IMG/VR virus record: IMGVR_UViG_3300028048_000038
Coordinates: 224,001 to 288,000 of that record
Strand: one strand, 5' to 3'
Length of the DNA stretch: 64,000 bases
Source: a virus
Lineage: Duplodnaviria; Caudoviricetes
The number at the start of each line of letters is the position of its first letter. The first letter of the stretch is position 1. Both the position numbers and the translations under genes were made by a program. Shown here piece after piece: positions 37,417 through 47,008 of this stretch. The notes below the pieces were generated by a model. That model did not search any database, had not been told where the DNA came from, and was given only the letters and a program-made list of their open reading frames with translations.

Positions 37417-39786
37417 TCATTTCAAAACAACCTTTGAAATGTTATTTTCCTTAACTACTGATATATGATTCTCACACATATCACGTACCTCATCAGAGTG
37501 ACTTATCAAGAATACTGCATCGTATTGTTTTGCAACTTTCTCAATAAGGCTTTTCATATTATCATAATTTGCTTTCGCTACACGTCCCCACAGCTCATCT
37601 AACGTAAGTATACTTGCTTTTGGGATTGTCGAAAGTTCTGAAAGTACTGCTCTCAAAGCTATTCCACTAGCTGTAAGTTCAAATCCGCTACCACTACTTA
37701 AATTCGAATAAACCCCATCCTTGATTAGATAGAACATAACGTCATTCTTCTGGTTTATTGCTACCTCAACATCAAAATCACATACATCATTCAATAACTT
37801 GGATAACTTTGCGTTGATTATTGGTAATGTCTTTCTGAGAACCATCTTCGAAATACCATCCTTGCCAACAAGTTCAAGATAAATCTTCCAATTTCGAACA
37901 AGTTTCTCTTCTTCTTGTAATTTTTTGATTACCTCTCGTCTATCCTCAACTTGCCTATTGTAGTTCTTTATCTCTGTCTCATTCCTTGTAATAACGCTTG
38001 TATTGGTTTCTTTGGTATTTCTTTTATCTCGTATAAATACATCATTATTGCGAATCTGAATATCAATTGCGTTGTTTTTATCAATTGCCTCACTGTTCTT
38101 ATCATATTCAGTCTTTGCTGATTTGTATTCTTGATACTCCGCACGCAACTTCTCAACATTAACCTCCAATGCTGCTTTTTTAATGGTTAGATTCGACTTC
38201 TTGTTGTATTTCTCTCTATCAACCTTTAGTTTCTCAATCTTCGCTGTTAATTTCGCCTTTAATTCACTCTTTTTCTTTCCGTCAACAGAAAGTCTCTCAA
38301 GTTCCTTAGTAAACTCAGATATCTTAGCTGAATTATCCACATTATCTAGCTTTCTTCCGCATGTAGGACAAATCTCACTAGATTTAAGATGCTGTATGTT
38401 ATGCTCGGTATTCTTATATCTCTCTCGCATAACTGCAATTTCCCCAGTAAGTTTTGTTAGTTCAGTCTGAACTTCATCATATTCTTCAACTGAGAAATCA
38501 ATATCGCCAATACTTTTTAACTCCCTACCAATATCTTCAATTTCTTCTTTCTTTTTCTTACCATTGAATATACTATCTTCTATTTTCTTATTCAATGTGG
38601 TAATATCAATCTTAAGAATATTGTTATCAATCACAGACTTTGAAGCCAACAAGGTTTCCTTATTCTTCTCTAAAGTTGTTATCTCATTATCTAAGGTCTT
38701 ATTTTCTTTCTCTAGCTTCTTAATTTCTTCAGTTAAAACTTTCTTCTGCAATTCAAATGCCTCAATCTCTTGGAGCATTGTTTCCTCATTGTATCTATTG
38801 GATAACAACATTGGCTTGATTTCAGAGTTGAATTTTTCCCTTGCTAGTTTGTCTTTTTCCTCAAGGGGTAGTAATCCTATCCATCTTGATAAAAGTCTTC
38901 CCCTATCGGCTTCTTTTTTGTTTACAAGGTCATCTAAAGTGGACTCTGTGACTGACATAATTAGGTCAAAGTCGCTTTCAATTCCTATTGCATCCTTAAT
39001 AGACTTATTGGTTTGTATTCCGTTTTCCTCTTGTTGATTCTCAATATCGTATTCCTCAAGTTCCTCTTTGGAATCGCCTACAATCTTATAATATTCAACC
39101 CTTTGGGTCGTTTTACTCTTATCACTTCTTCTATTCAATGACGGTCTTGATAATGTTCTCTTGATGACATAATCAGTACCATCAATATTAATACACCCTT
39201 CTACCTCAACATTGGTTTCATTTGGTAAGTGTTTGTTGAATATTTTATCTTGAGTATCAACCTTTTCAGTCTTACCAAACAGCAAGAAATGAATCAAGTC
39301 AATTGATAACGTTGTCTTTCCACTTTGGTTTTCACCACTTAATGAAGTAAGACCATGAATGTTTGTAAAATCAAAATAATTGTCAGAGCCGTAACTTAGG
39401 AAGTTACTCCAGCGTATCCACTTAATAGAGTATCTTTTATATTTATCATACACTTGATAGTCAATTTTTCCATTAATTTCAGCATCTATCTTCTTTATTA
39501 AATCAAAGTCATAATTTGAAATATTCTTTGTCTTGAGATAAGATTCGAACAACTTAATCTGAAATTGTGGGTCTTGAACGTTCTGTATCACATCAGTATT
39601 AAGAGAAATCTCCTTGCCTTCGTCATCAACCATTAAGAATTCAGGTATTACCTTAATCTTCTCCTTTGGAAGATTGTATTTCTTACTGAACTTTGCAATG
39701 ATTGATTTTTCCTTTTCCTTGTTGTAGTCATAAGGCGATACATTCCAATGGACATTGATTTTACTCTTGCTCTTTATATCTATCAT
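37417..39786 (-). CDS. SbcC/Rad50/gp46-like recombination ATPase
   Basis: NFLSYG, Walker A GENQSGKTT, coiled coils with Zn-hook CPTCG, SGSGFE signature, LTLDE, ISH. Confidence 0.9.
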   Translation of the reverse strand: MIDIKSKSKINVHWNVSPYDYNKEKEKSIIAKFSKKYNLPKEKIKVIPEFLMVDDEGKEISLNTDVIQNVQDPQFQIKLFESYLKTKNISNYDFDLIKKIDAEINGKIDYQVYDKYKRYSIKWIRWSNFLSYGSDNYFDFTNIHGLTSLSGENQSGKTTLSIDLIHFLLFGKTEKVDTQDKIFNKHLPNETNVEVEGCINIDGTDYVIKRTLSRPSLNRRSDKSKTTQRVEYYKIVGDSKEELEEYDIENQQEENGIQTNKSIKDAIGIESDFDLIMSVTESTLDDLVNKKEADRGRLLSRWIGLLPLEEKDKLAREKFNSEIKPMLLSNRYNEETMLQEIEAFELQKKVLTEEIKKLEKENKTLDNEITTLEKNKETLLASKSVIDNNILKIDITTLNKKIEDSIFNGKKKKEEIEDIGRELKSIGDIDFSVEEYDEVQTELTKLTGEIAVMRERYKNTEHNIQHLKSSEICPTCGRKLDNVDNSAKISEFTKELERLSVDGKKKSELKAKLTAKIEKLKVDREKYNKKSNLTIKKAALEVNVEKLRAEYQEYKSAKTEYDKNSEAIDKNNAIDIQIRNNDVFIRDKRNTKETNTSVITRNETEIKNYNRQVEDRREVIKKLQEEEKLVRNWKIYLELVGKDGISKMVLRKTLPIINAKLSKLLNDVCDFDVEVAINQKNDVMFYLIKDGVYSNLSSGSGFELTASGIALRAVLSELSTIPKASILTLDELWGRVAKANYDNMKSLIEKVAKQYDAVFLISHSDEVRDMCENHISVVKENNISKVVLK

Positions 39787-39789
39787 TTC

Positions 39790-40137
39790 TTATTTCTTTT
39801 TAATAATTTGAATTTTTCGAACTGTTATCCCTTCTTTTCTTTCTTCAGTTGGTTTGCTTTCTTCTTTTTTAATTGTGGTTGGCTCTTCTCTTTTAGTTGT
39901 GGGTTGTTCTTCCACTCCTTTAATGTCAACTTCTTTTTTTCCATTTGTTCTCTTTATGTCTTTTATTCCCTTAGTTTCCCTTTCAACATTATCCTTTGGC
40001 GAAATACCAAATTTAACAATATTGAAGCCTTGAGATAAACATCGATTTGCAAACGCATTAATGTCCTCAATCTCATTTAATTCGCAATATTGACGAATCT
40101 GTCTCTCAAGCGTCTGGTTTACATACAATCTTCCCAT
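39790..40137 (-). CDS. Hypothetical protein (ribbon-helix-helix-like N-terminus)
   Basis: ATG lies 4 nt downstream of the -7 element. Confidence 0.7.
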   Translation of the reverse strand: MGRLYVNQTLERQIRQYCELNEIEDINAFANRCLSQGFNIVKFGISPKDNVERETKGIKDIKRTNGKKEVDIKGVEEQPTTKREEPTTIKKEESKPTEERKEGITVRKIQIIKKK

Positions 40138-40141
40138 AATG

Positions 40142-40173
40142 CAAAGATATAAAAAATATTTTAATTTAACAAA
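40142..40173 (-). promoter_or_regulatory. Bacteroidota primary-sigma promoter for the sbcC-sigma operon
   Basis: TTTG-N20-TATCTTTG. Confidence 0.75.
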
Positions 40174-40181
40174 TTTTAATG

Positions 40182-40254
40182 AATATTTTTTTAAATATTA
40201 TTTAAAATATTATTTTAAATTATTATTATTTTAATATATTATTTAATATTTTAT
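40182..40254. repeat. 73-bp A/T-only tract of degenerate TATTATTT(T)AA repeats
   Basis: No G or C from 40182 to 40254. Confidence 0.7.
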
Positions 40255-40258
40255 CATT

Positions 40259-41032
40259 ATGAATAAAGAAGGAAAAGAAGTATATTTGTCTTTGGACGTT
40301 TCGACTGCTTGTATAGGTATCAGCATCATAATTGACGATGGCTCTGATTACGGCAAAATCGTTGAATTAACCCATATAAGCCCAAAGGTTTCAAACAAGA
40401 TTAAGGGAATAGAACAATTGTTTTTAAAGAAAAAAATATTTGAAGAATTCCTTATCAAATATAAGGACTTTGGAATTGATTATGTGGTTATTGAAGAGCC
40501 TCTTCTGAGGTCAAATAATGTAAACACAGTATCAACATTATTACGTTTCAATGGAATGGTCTCAGATTGCGTTTATAACGTATTAGGGATTGTCCCAAAC
40601 TACATATCATCCTATGAAGCAAGAGAGTATGCATTTCCAGAACTTATGGCAATAAGAAAGTATGGAAAAGATGAAAAACAATATCCTTATTCAAAAATTT
40701 ATAAGGAAATTAAAGATTGTAAATTGGTTTTATTCGGAAGTTATCCTTGGACAATTGACAAAAAAACAGTTCTTCAAGATAAGGTAGCTGATATATTTCC
40801 AGATATTGAATGGTTATATAATAAAAAGGGAGAACTTAAGAAGGAAAACTTTGATGCATGTGACTCATATGTTGCTTTCTTAGGATTCTTGAATAAAAAA
40901 CGACATGGGGAACTATCATTTTCAAGTGAAATCAATGGTGAAGCTAATGACGGAAAAGGAACTAGAGAAATTGATTATGTTGTAAGATATTGGAATAAAA
41001 AAGAACAAAGAAAAACATATGTTAATGAATAA
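40259..41032 (+). CDS. RuvC-like Holliday junction resolvase
   Basis: LSLDVSTACIG, VVIEEP, FDACDS acidic RNase H-fold residues. Confidence 0.8.
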   Translation: MNKEGKEVYLSLDVSTACIGISIIIDDGSDYGKIVELTHISPKVSNKIKGIEQLFLKKKIFEEFLIKYKDFGIDYVVIEEPLLRSNNVNTVSTLLRFNGMVSDCVYNVLGIVPNYISSYEAREYAFPELMAIRKYGKDEKQYPYSKIYKEIKDCKLVLFGSYPWTIDKKTVLQDKVADIFPDIEWLYNKKGELKKENFDACDSYVAFLGFLNKKRHGELSFSSEINGEANDGKGTREIDYVVRYWNKKEQRKTYVNE

Positions 41033-41063
41033 AGCGAGACTCAACCAAGAATCTCGCTTTATT
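41028..41063. terminator. Bidirectional terminator
   Basis: AATAAAGCGAGA...TCTCGCTTTATT between convergent genes. Confidence 0.75.
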
Positions 41064-41065
41064 GT

Positions 41066-41428
41066 TTATTCGTTTCCAAATTCTTTTTTAAAATATTCAA
41101 TTTCTTTCTTATTGGCATGTCTACCAAACTCTAAAAGTGTCCAGAGTCTACACATTGGCTGCGGAGTATCATATTTACTAGCTTTATCCAAATTAGTTAA
41201 TATCAATTGCTTACTTGCAGCGTAGCCACCACACACTTGAATCTCGTCAAGTCTGAAAAGATACTTATCACGATGCATGATAATGTCACCAATCTTGTAC
41301 TTTTTCAAGACCTTTTTCTTCTCTATCTCATGGAGTTCAAAATCGAGCGAATAAAGTTCATTATTTGTATCCTCAATGAGCTTCTTTTTTTTCTCTATAA
41401 GATTGAGTATTTCTTGTTCCCTATCCAT
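41066..41428 (-). CDS. Hypothetical protein
   Basis: 120-aa ORF. Confidence 0.7.
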   Translation of the reverse strand: MDREQEILNLIEKKKKLIEDTNNELYSLDFELHEIEKKKVLKKYKIGDIIMHRDKYLFRLDEIQVCGGYAASKQLILTNLDKASKYDTPQPMCRLWTLLEFGRHANKKEIEYFKKEFGNE

Positions 41429-41622
41429 AAATTACTCCTAATGTTACAACAACTCCAAATAAAACCATAACAGCAAGTCCAGTTCCAATTTCACCAAAGT
41501 TGAAATTCAACTTGTAACTATGAAAGTTTCCACAAGTGGCAAGAATGCCCTTCAGTTCCTTACACATCTTCAGATGCTATAATGCATGCAATAATGATAA
41601 ATATAATTAATGTTGCACTCAT
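41421..41622 (-). pseudogene. Possibly frameshifted small membrane protein
   Basis: ORF 41560-41622 (MSATLIIFIIIACIIA...) and ORF 41421-41567 (MCKELKG...GLAVMVLFGVVVTLGVIYG) join after a 1-nt shift. Confidence 0.35.
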
Positions 41623-41623
41623 A

Positions 41624-42133
41624 TTAAATAGATTTTATAAGTTCTAAAATTTCATCAGTTATCTCATCAAAATAATCAATATCTTCAGAGTATAAGCAAT
41701 TATTTGCATAATCTTTAATGTTGTTAATTTTGTCAATTATAAGAGCCTTTGTATCAACTTGTTTAGTTGGTTTAATCGGATTAATCGCTTTCTCTGCATC
41801 TTCTCTTGTTAAAAAGAAATCCCCTTGAATTGTCATAGGCGCATTTGGAACATCAAATCCACCTTTTGTATAATCCGTAAGAATTAATTTTCCATTATCA
41901 TCTATTCCCATTACATCAATGAATGGAATTGCATAATCTGGTTTGAAAATTTTTTTATTATTTGGATTTTCAAAGCCAATTGTAAATGAATATGGCTCTG
42001 TTTCATAGATATCAGAGACATCTTTTTCTTTTTTAAATACCCTAATATCTAATTCATAGATTTTAGAGCCTTTCATTAGATAACAATGTGTCACATCATT
42101 TAAAACCTTTTTTCTTAATTCTTTTAAATCCAT
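41624..42133 (-). CDS. Hypothetical protein
   Basis: 169-aa ORF downstream of the cassette promoter. Confidence 0.75.
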   Translation of the reverse strand: MDLKELRKKVLNDVTHCYLMKGSKIYELDIRVFKKEKDVSDIYETEPYSFTIGFENPNNKKIFKPDYAIPFIDVMGIDDNGKLILTDYTKGGFDVPNAPMTIQGDFFLTREDAEKAINPIKPTKQVDTKALIIDKINNIKDYANNCLYSEDIDYFDEITDEILELIKSI

Positions 42134-42159
42134 ATTTTTTTATTTTAAAAACTTTGATG

Positions 42160-42210
42160 CAAAGATACGAAAAAAAATTGGATTGACCAAATAATCAATC
42201 CAATTTTAAC
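42160..42210 (-). promoter_or_regulatory. Fused terminator-promoter cassette, copy 3
   Basis: AATTGGATTGA-ttatttgg-TCAATCCAATT, U-tract, TATCTTTG; nearly identical to copy 2. Confidence 0.75.
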
Positions 42211-42216
42211 CTTTAT

Positions 42217-42546
42217 TTACCAAAACTTTAATTTATTTACCATTTCATTAATTTCATCATTCTTAAGTTCTTCCATAAGTTCACCAATAAATGATGCAAC
42301 ATCAACCCAATCATATTCGACCTCATCATTTAAAATCTTCTCATGAAACACTTTCATTTTTTCTTCATCATTGGTTTCCCTATAATATTCCTCTTGAATC
42401 TGAAATGAATAATTTGTTATTTTTCCAATCATCATAAGAAAATTATATAGTTTATAAGCTGAGTTGAAACTTAATTCAAATCTATGTTTTATATAAATCT
42501 CCAATAGAATTCTCTCTATTATCATTAAATTCTTAATTATAATCAT
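42217..42546 (-). CDS. Hypothetical protein
   Basis: 109-aa ORF. Confidence 0.65.
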   Translation of the reverse strand: MIIIKNLMIIERILLEIYIKHRFELSFNSAYKLYNFLMMIGKITNYSFQIQEEYYRETNDEEKMKVFHEKILNDEVEYDWVDVASFIGELMEELKNDEINEMVNKLKFW

Positions 42547-42557
42547 AACATTTTTAT

Positions 42558-44012
42558 TTAACTATTTGCCCAATTGTTATTATCATTAGGGTCGATTCCT
42601 TGACGGAGAAGGAACTTACTTGTAACAATCTTATAATCCTTTGGATTGAAGCCATAATCAGCCATGTCAACATCAAAATAGTCCTTCTTAAATTGTCTCA
42701 ACTCGCTTGGGTCATACTCAGCGTAATCCCAACCGTTAACTATCTTGTTTGTTGCCTTGTTTACAGCAAAGTGAGAGTAGTTCTGATTGTTTTGAAATGA
42801 CTCACCTTCTTCAGTTGGATAAGAACACTCGTCATCATCTTCTAGACTGTTTCCAGCCATCTTCTCTTCCCATTCTAACTCATCGCTACCATTCCATTCA
42901 TTTAATTCTTTTTTTTTAGAATTCTTGCTTTCAAAAATATCAATCATAGCTTCATACCACTCTTCAGATTTTCCAGGATATTTTTGTCTTAACCTTCTAT
43001 TTTTATCTAACCAATATTCTTCCCACTTCTTATCTCTTTCATTAGCTAAATCCTCTTGGTATGCTCTATCGTCAAGCATGTCTGTCATACGTCCTTCATA
43101 TTCATCAGCACCCCATTCCCTTAGAATGTTCTTAACAGATTCCATAACTAAGTTTCTTAAATCACCCTCAGTTAGTCTTAATATGTTTTTACCCATAGTT
43201 TTCTTAGTCATTTCTTGTAAATCATTCAAATCTATTTGATATCTTTCTCTCGCAATTGTTCTGAAATCTTGAGGATTTATATCAATACCATCAACTGCTC
43301 TATATAAATTATCGTTGATATAAACTATCTTTTCACCATTAATTGTTGCAGCAATCCAAAGAATTGAATTTGACTCAAAATTGATATACTTAAATTTTAA
43401 ATTGTTAATCTGATTTATATAATCTTGAATTCTTTCCTCTTCTACGCCCATCTTTCTCAATGCTGCAACTCCATCAATTTCACGTTTTGCTTTAAGGTAA
43501 GGTCTAACTTGTTCAGGAGAAAGCTCCTTAATAATATGTCCCTCCTTGTTAATTGCATAAACAACACCTTTTGGTTTAACTCCAAATATGTTTTGAGGAT
43601 TATAAGAGTGAGATTGCAAATCCGCATTTTGACCATTATAAATTTCTGGACCATTTGGACTCCAATTTGTACCTTGTTTGTAACCAACCTTATCAGCTAT
43701 TGGGTCAATACCAAAATTGGTTCTGATATCATTGGCTGAGGCTTTGAATTTGCCATATTTTTGTCCAACGGTAGTCCTGTTAAGATACCTCATGTTATAG
43801 CTAGTAATCTTAACTAAAGCCCCAATTTCTTCTTCACCTCCAAATACAGTGTAATCTGGATATTTCTTCATTCTATTAGTAGCTGGATTTCTTCTACTAA
43901 CAGTTGGAACGTCTAAGTTTGCTCCAGTCACATAACCGATGGTAACGAACTTTCCGTTACCAATCTTATCTAGTATATCAAAAAATTCACTTGATGATGC
44001 AACCCTTCTCAT
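42558..44012 (-). CDS. Multi-domain protein with internal leader motif
   Basis: Internal ILRLTEGDLRNLVMESVKNILRE at about aa 276-298. Confidence 0.8.
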   Translation of the reverse strand: MRRVASSSEFFDILDKIGNGKFVTIGYVTGANLDVPTVSRRNPATNRMKKYPDYTVFGGEEEIGALVKITSYNMRYLNRTTVGQKYGKFKASANDIRTNFGIDPIADKVGYKQGTNWSPNGPEIYNGQNADLQSHSYNPQNIFGVKPKGVVYAINKEGHIIKELSPEQVRPYLKAKREIDGVAALRKMGVEEERIQDYINQINNLKFKYINFESNSILWIAATINGEKIVYINDNLYRAVDGIDINPQDFRTIARERYQIDLNDLQEMTKKTMGKNILRLTEGDLRNLVMESVKNILREWGADEYEGRMTDMLDDRAYQEDLANERDKKWEEYWLDKNRRLRQKYPGKSEEWYEAMIDIFESKNSKKKELNEWNGSDELEWEEKMAGNSLEDDDECSYPTEEGESFQNNQNYSHFAVNKATNKIVNGWDYAEYDPSELRQFKKDYFDVDMADYGFNPKDYKIVTSKFLLRQGIDPNDNNNWANS

Positions 44013-44016
44013 ATCG

Positions 44017-44286
44017 TTAAAAATCCTTTAACCATTCAGCTTTCTGGAAGCTTTCAATCATTTTATCATCGTCTGTACGATATTTTGCTGCTGCCTCAGT
44101 TGAATCAGCAGCATCTATTGCGTCTTGGCTATTATAGTCCTTATCACCAAATACGCTATTTACTTTGGTGATGTCATAATATGCTCCAACAGCATAATGA
44201 CCATTTGCTCCGAATACAACTGAATCCTCGTCAAGATGCATCGCCATAGCCTTTAAAATGTCACTATCTTTGATTTTCTTTGCCAT
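44017..44286 (-). CDS. Hypothetical protein
   Basis: 89-aa ORF; TATTTATA at 44307-44314. Confidence 0.7.
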   Translation of the reverse strand: MAKKIKDSDILKAMAMHLDEDSVVFGANGHYAVGAYYDITKVNSVFGDKDYNSQDAIDAADSTEAAAKYRTDDDKMIESFQKAEWLKDF

Positions 44287-44324
44287 CTTACCTAAAATTT
44301 ATTTATTATAAATATCTGAAAATA

Positions 44325-44356
44325 TTTGTTTTTCTCGATTATTTAACATATCTTTG
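44325..44356 (+). promoter_or_regulatory. Bacteroidota primary-sigma promoter (primase locus)
   Basis: TTTG-N20-TATCTTTG on the plus strand. Confidence 0.75.
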
Positions 44357-44440
44357 CAATATAAAATAAAAATTACTTAGAAGTTTTAATAAATAAATAA
44401 CTTTTTAATTGCTGCAAATATTTATAAGAAAACAATTAAT

Positions 44441-45835
44441 ATGAAAGGTAAAAAATTAACAAACGAAGAATTTATCAAAAGAGTAAATGAATTATATAAC
44501 GCAAAATATGATTTGTCAAAAGCTGATGTGAATAATAGAGACGAAAAGGGTAGAGTGTGTATAATTTGTCCAATTCATGGTGAATTCTGGAAAACCCCTA
44601 ATAATGTATTACTTGGTCACGGATGTCCAAAATGTACTTTTGAAAAAATTGGACAAGATAAAACACAAACAACAGAGTGGTTTATAAATAAGTCCAACAA
44701 AATACATAATAACAAATATAATTATTCTAAAACCAAATACATAGGAAACAGATACAACGTAGAGATAATATGCCCAATTCATGGTTCTTTTATTCAGCAA
44801 GCAGATAATCATTTAAAAGGTATGGGATGCCCTAAATGTGCTTGTGAAAAAATAAGCAAATTAAGAAGTATCTCCACAAATGATTTTATAAAACGCTCAA
44901 AAGAAATATTTGGCGATAATAGATTTTCATATGAAAAAACCAATCTTGAAGAAAGAAGAGAAGACGGAAAAGTTTGTATAACTTGTCCTATTCATGGCGA
45001 CTTCTGGCAGTTACCATCAAGTCATCTTCAAGGTAATGGATGTCCCAAATGTGGCTTAGAAGAAATAAAAAAAATATTAACCAAAACTACAGAACAATTT
45101 ATAGAAGAAAGTAAAAATATTCATGGTGATAAATACGATTATTCAAAAGTTAAATATAAACATAGCTTAGATAAAGTTTGTATAATTTGTCCAAAACACG
45201 GCGAATTTTGGCAAACGCCATCAAGTCATTTAGATGGTAGTGGATGCCCAAAATGTGCAAATAATCAACCAATAAACACAGAAGAATTTATTAAAAGGTC
45301 AAAAGAAAAACACGGTGAATTATATGACTATTCTAAATCTGAGTATAAAAATAATAGAACTAAGATAGAAATAATATGTCATAAGAAAGATTCAAACGGA
45401 ATAGAACACGGCTCTTTTTTCACTACTCCTCATTCTCATATACAAGGAAGTGGCTGTCCGAAGTGTAAACAAAACTATCGTTTAGAAAATGAAGTTAGAT
45501 TGTTACTAACCAAAAATAATATAGATTTTGAAGAAAAGAAAACATTTGATGGATTAAAATATAAAAGCGCACTTAGACCTGATTTTTATTTACCAAAAGA
45601 AAATATAATAATAGAATGTCAAGGAGAACAACATTTTAAACCAATTAACTTTGGTGGAAAAGATACCAAAACGCTGCAAAAAGAATATGAATTAAATCAA
45701 ATAAGAGACAAAATTAAAAAGAAATATTGTGAAGAACATAATATCAAGTTATTAGAATATACACATTTAGATATTAAAAATAAAAATTTAATCAAAACAA
45801 AAGAGAGATTATTAAAAGAAATTAAAAAAAAATGA
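44441..45835 (+). CDS. Free-standing homing endonuclease: 5 CPxHG/GCPKC repeats plus Vsr-like nuclease
   Basis: Repeats IICPIHGEFW...GxGCPKC; DFYLPKENIIIECQGEQH; own TATTTATA at 44419-44426. Confidence 0.75.
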   Translation: MKGKKLTNEEFIKRVNELYNAKYDLSKADVNNRDEKGRVCIICPIHGEFWKTPNNVLLGHGCPKCTFEKIGQDKTQTTEWFINKSNKIHNNKYNYSKTKYIGNRYNVEIICPIHGSFIQQADNHLKGMGCPKCACEKISKLRSISTNDFIKRSKEIFGDNRFSYEKTNLEERREDGKVCITCPIHGDFWQLPSSHLQGNGCPKCGLEEIKKILTKTTEQFIEESKNIHGDKYDYSKVKYKHSLDKVCIICPKHGEFWQTPSSHLDGSGCPKCANNQPINTEEFIKRSKEKHGELYDYSKSEYKNNRTKIEIICHKKDSNGIEHGSFFTTPHSHIQGSGCPKCKQNYRLENEVRLLLTKNNIDFEEKKTFDGLKYKSALRPDFYLPKENIIIECQGEQHFKPINFGGKDTKTLQKEYELNQIRDKIKKKYCEEHNIKLLEYTHLDIKNKNLIKTKERLLKEIKKK

Positions 45836-46866
45836 TTGACGAAATTAAAAAAATTTACGACATATTAGTATTGATTCTAGGGGAATCAAAAAGTGGATTT
45901 GATAATGACAATTTTCAATATCAATTTCCTTGTCCAAAATGTATTGAAAGAAATGGAATAACAGAAGCTAGAAAATTTAATTTAGAACTCAATATCAAAT
46001 CTCAATTATTTAATTGTTGGTCTTGCTCATCAATGGATGAACACATGAGTGGTACTATTGTGAAGCTTATCAGAATGTACGGAAATGAAAAGCTACTACA
46101 AGAGTATAAGGACATCATTCGTGCCATTCGAGACAGTGAGTTATACAAACTTAACTTCAGCTCGAATGACTTCAATATCGACACGTCAATCATTGAGAAG
46201 GAAGACCTTAAGTTTCCACCTAGTTTCAGACCATTCAAGGAAGGTAAGTACTATAACAAGGGTGCAATGAGATACCTTAACGAAAGAGGTATCGGCTGGG
46301 ACATCATCAATCGTTATAATATCGGATTCACAGAAAAGGAAGAAGATAAGAAATGGAAGAAATCTTCATACAGAATAATCATACCATCGTATAATGAATA
46401 CGATGAACTCAATTATTGGGTCGGAAGAGACTACCTACCTAAGAAAGAGGGATTTACAAGGGTTAAGTATGACAATCCAGATGCTAAGAAAAAGGAAATC
46501 ATATTTAATGAAAATAAGGTACAATGGGATGCAGATATTACACTAGTCGAAGGTACATTTGACCACATCGTTGTGCCAAACTCTATTCCATTATTGGGTA
46601 AGTCACTCAATAAGGAATACAAGCTGTATTGGGAATTAATTACAAAGGCAAATGCCAATGTAAACATATTTCTTGATGCTGATGCATTTAGTACCGTAAA
46701 GGAAGTATACAAGTTCTTGAATCATGGAAACCTTTACGGCAAAGTGAGGTATATACCAATGGAGGGGGATGAAGACCCATCATCATTGTATGAGAAGGGT
46801 GGATATAAAGAAATTGCTAGGCATCTTGCGAATGCCCAGCAAATTGATGAAGTTTATCTACAATAG
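45832..46866 (+). CDS. DNA primase (DnaG/gp61-like)
   Basis: Zn-finger CPKC...CWSC, YL.ERGI, RIIIP, TOPRIM VEGTFD, FLDAD. Confidence 0.9.
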   Translation: MIDEIKKIYDILVLILGESKSGFDNDNFQYQFPCPKCIERNGITEARKFNLELNIKSQLFNCWSCSSMDEHMSGTIVKLIRMYGNEKLLQEYKDIIRAIRDSELYKLNFSSNDFNIDTSIIEKEDLKFPPSFRPFKEGKYYNKGAMRYLNERGIGWDIINRYNIGFTEKEEDKKWKKSSYRIIIPSYNEYDELNYWVGRDYLPKKEGFTRVKYDNPDAKKKEIIFNENKVQWDADITLVEGTFDHIVVPNSIPLLGKSLNKEYKLYWELITKANANVNIFLDADAFSTVKEVYKFLNHGNLYGKVRYIPMEGDEDPSSLYEKGGYKEIARHLANAQQIDEVYLQ

Positions 46867-47008
46867 TCTGCCACAAACTCTTTGATGGTAACTTTGGTAT
46901 AAATACACTCATAAACTGACAAGCAAATACTGCGAGTAAGACACATGGTATCAATATTATCACCAATACTACGATAGCCACAATAAGAATCCATTCAAGT
47001 GTTGTCAT
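46817..47008 (-). CDS. Small membrane protein
   Basis: Long hydrophobic N-terminal helix. Confidence 0.55.
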   Translation of the reverse strand: MTTLEWILIVAIVVLVIILIPCVLLAVFACQFMSVFIPKLPSKSLWQTIVDKLHQFAGHSQDA

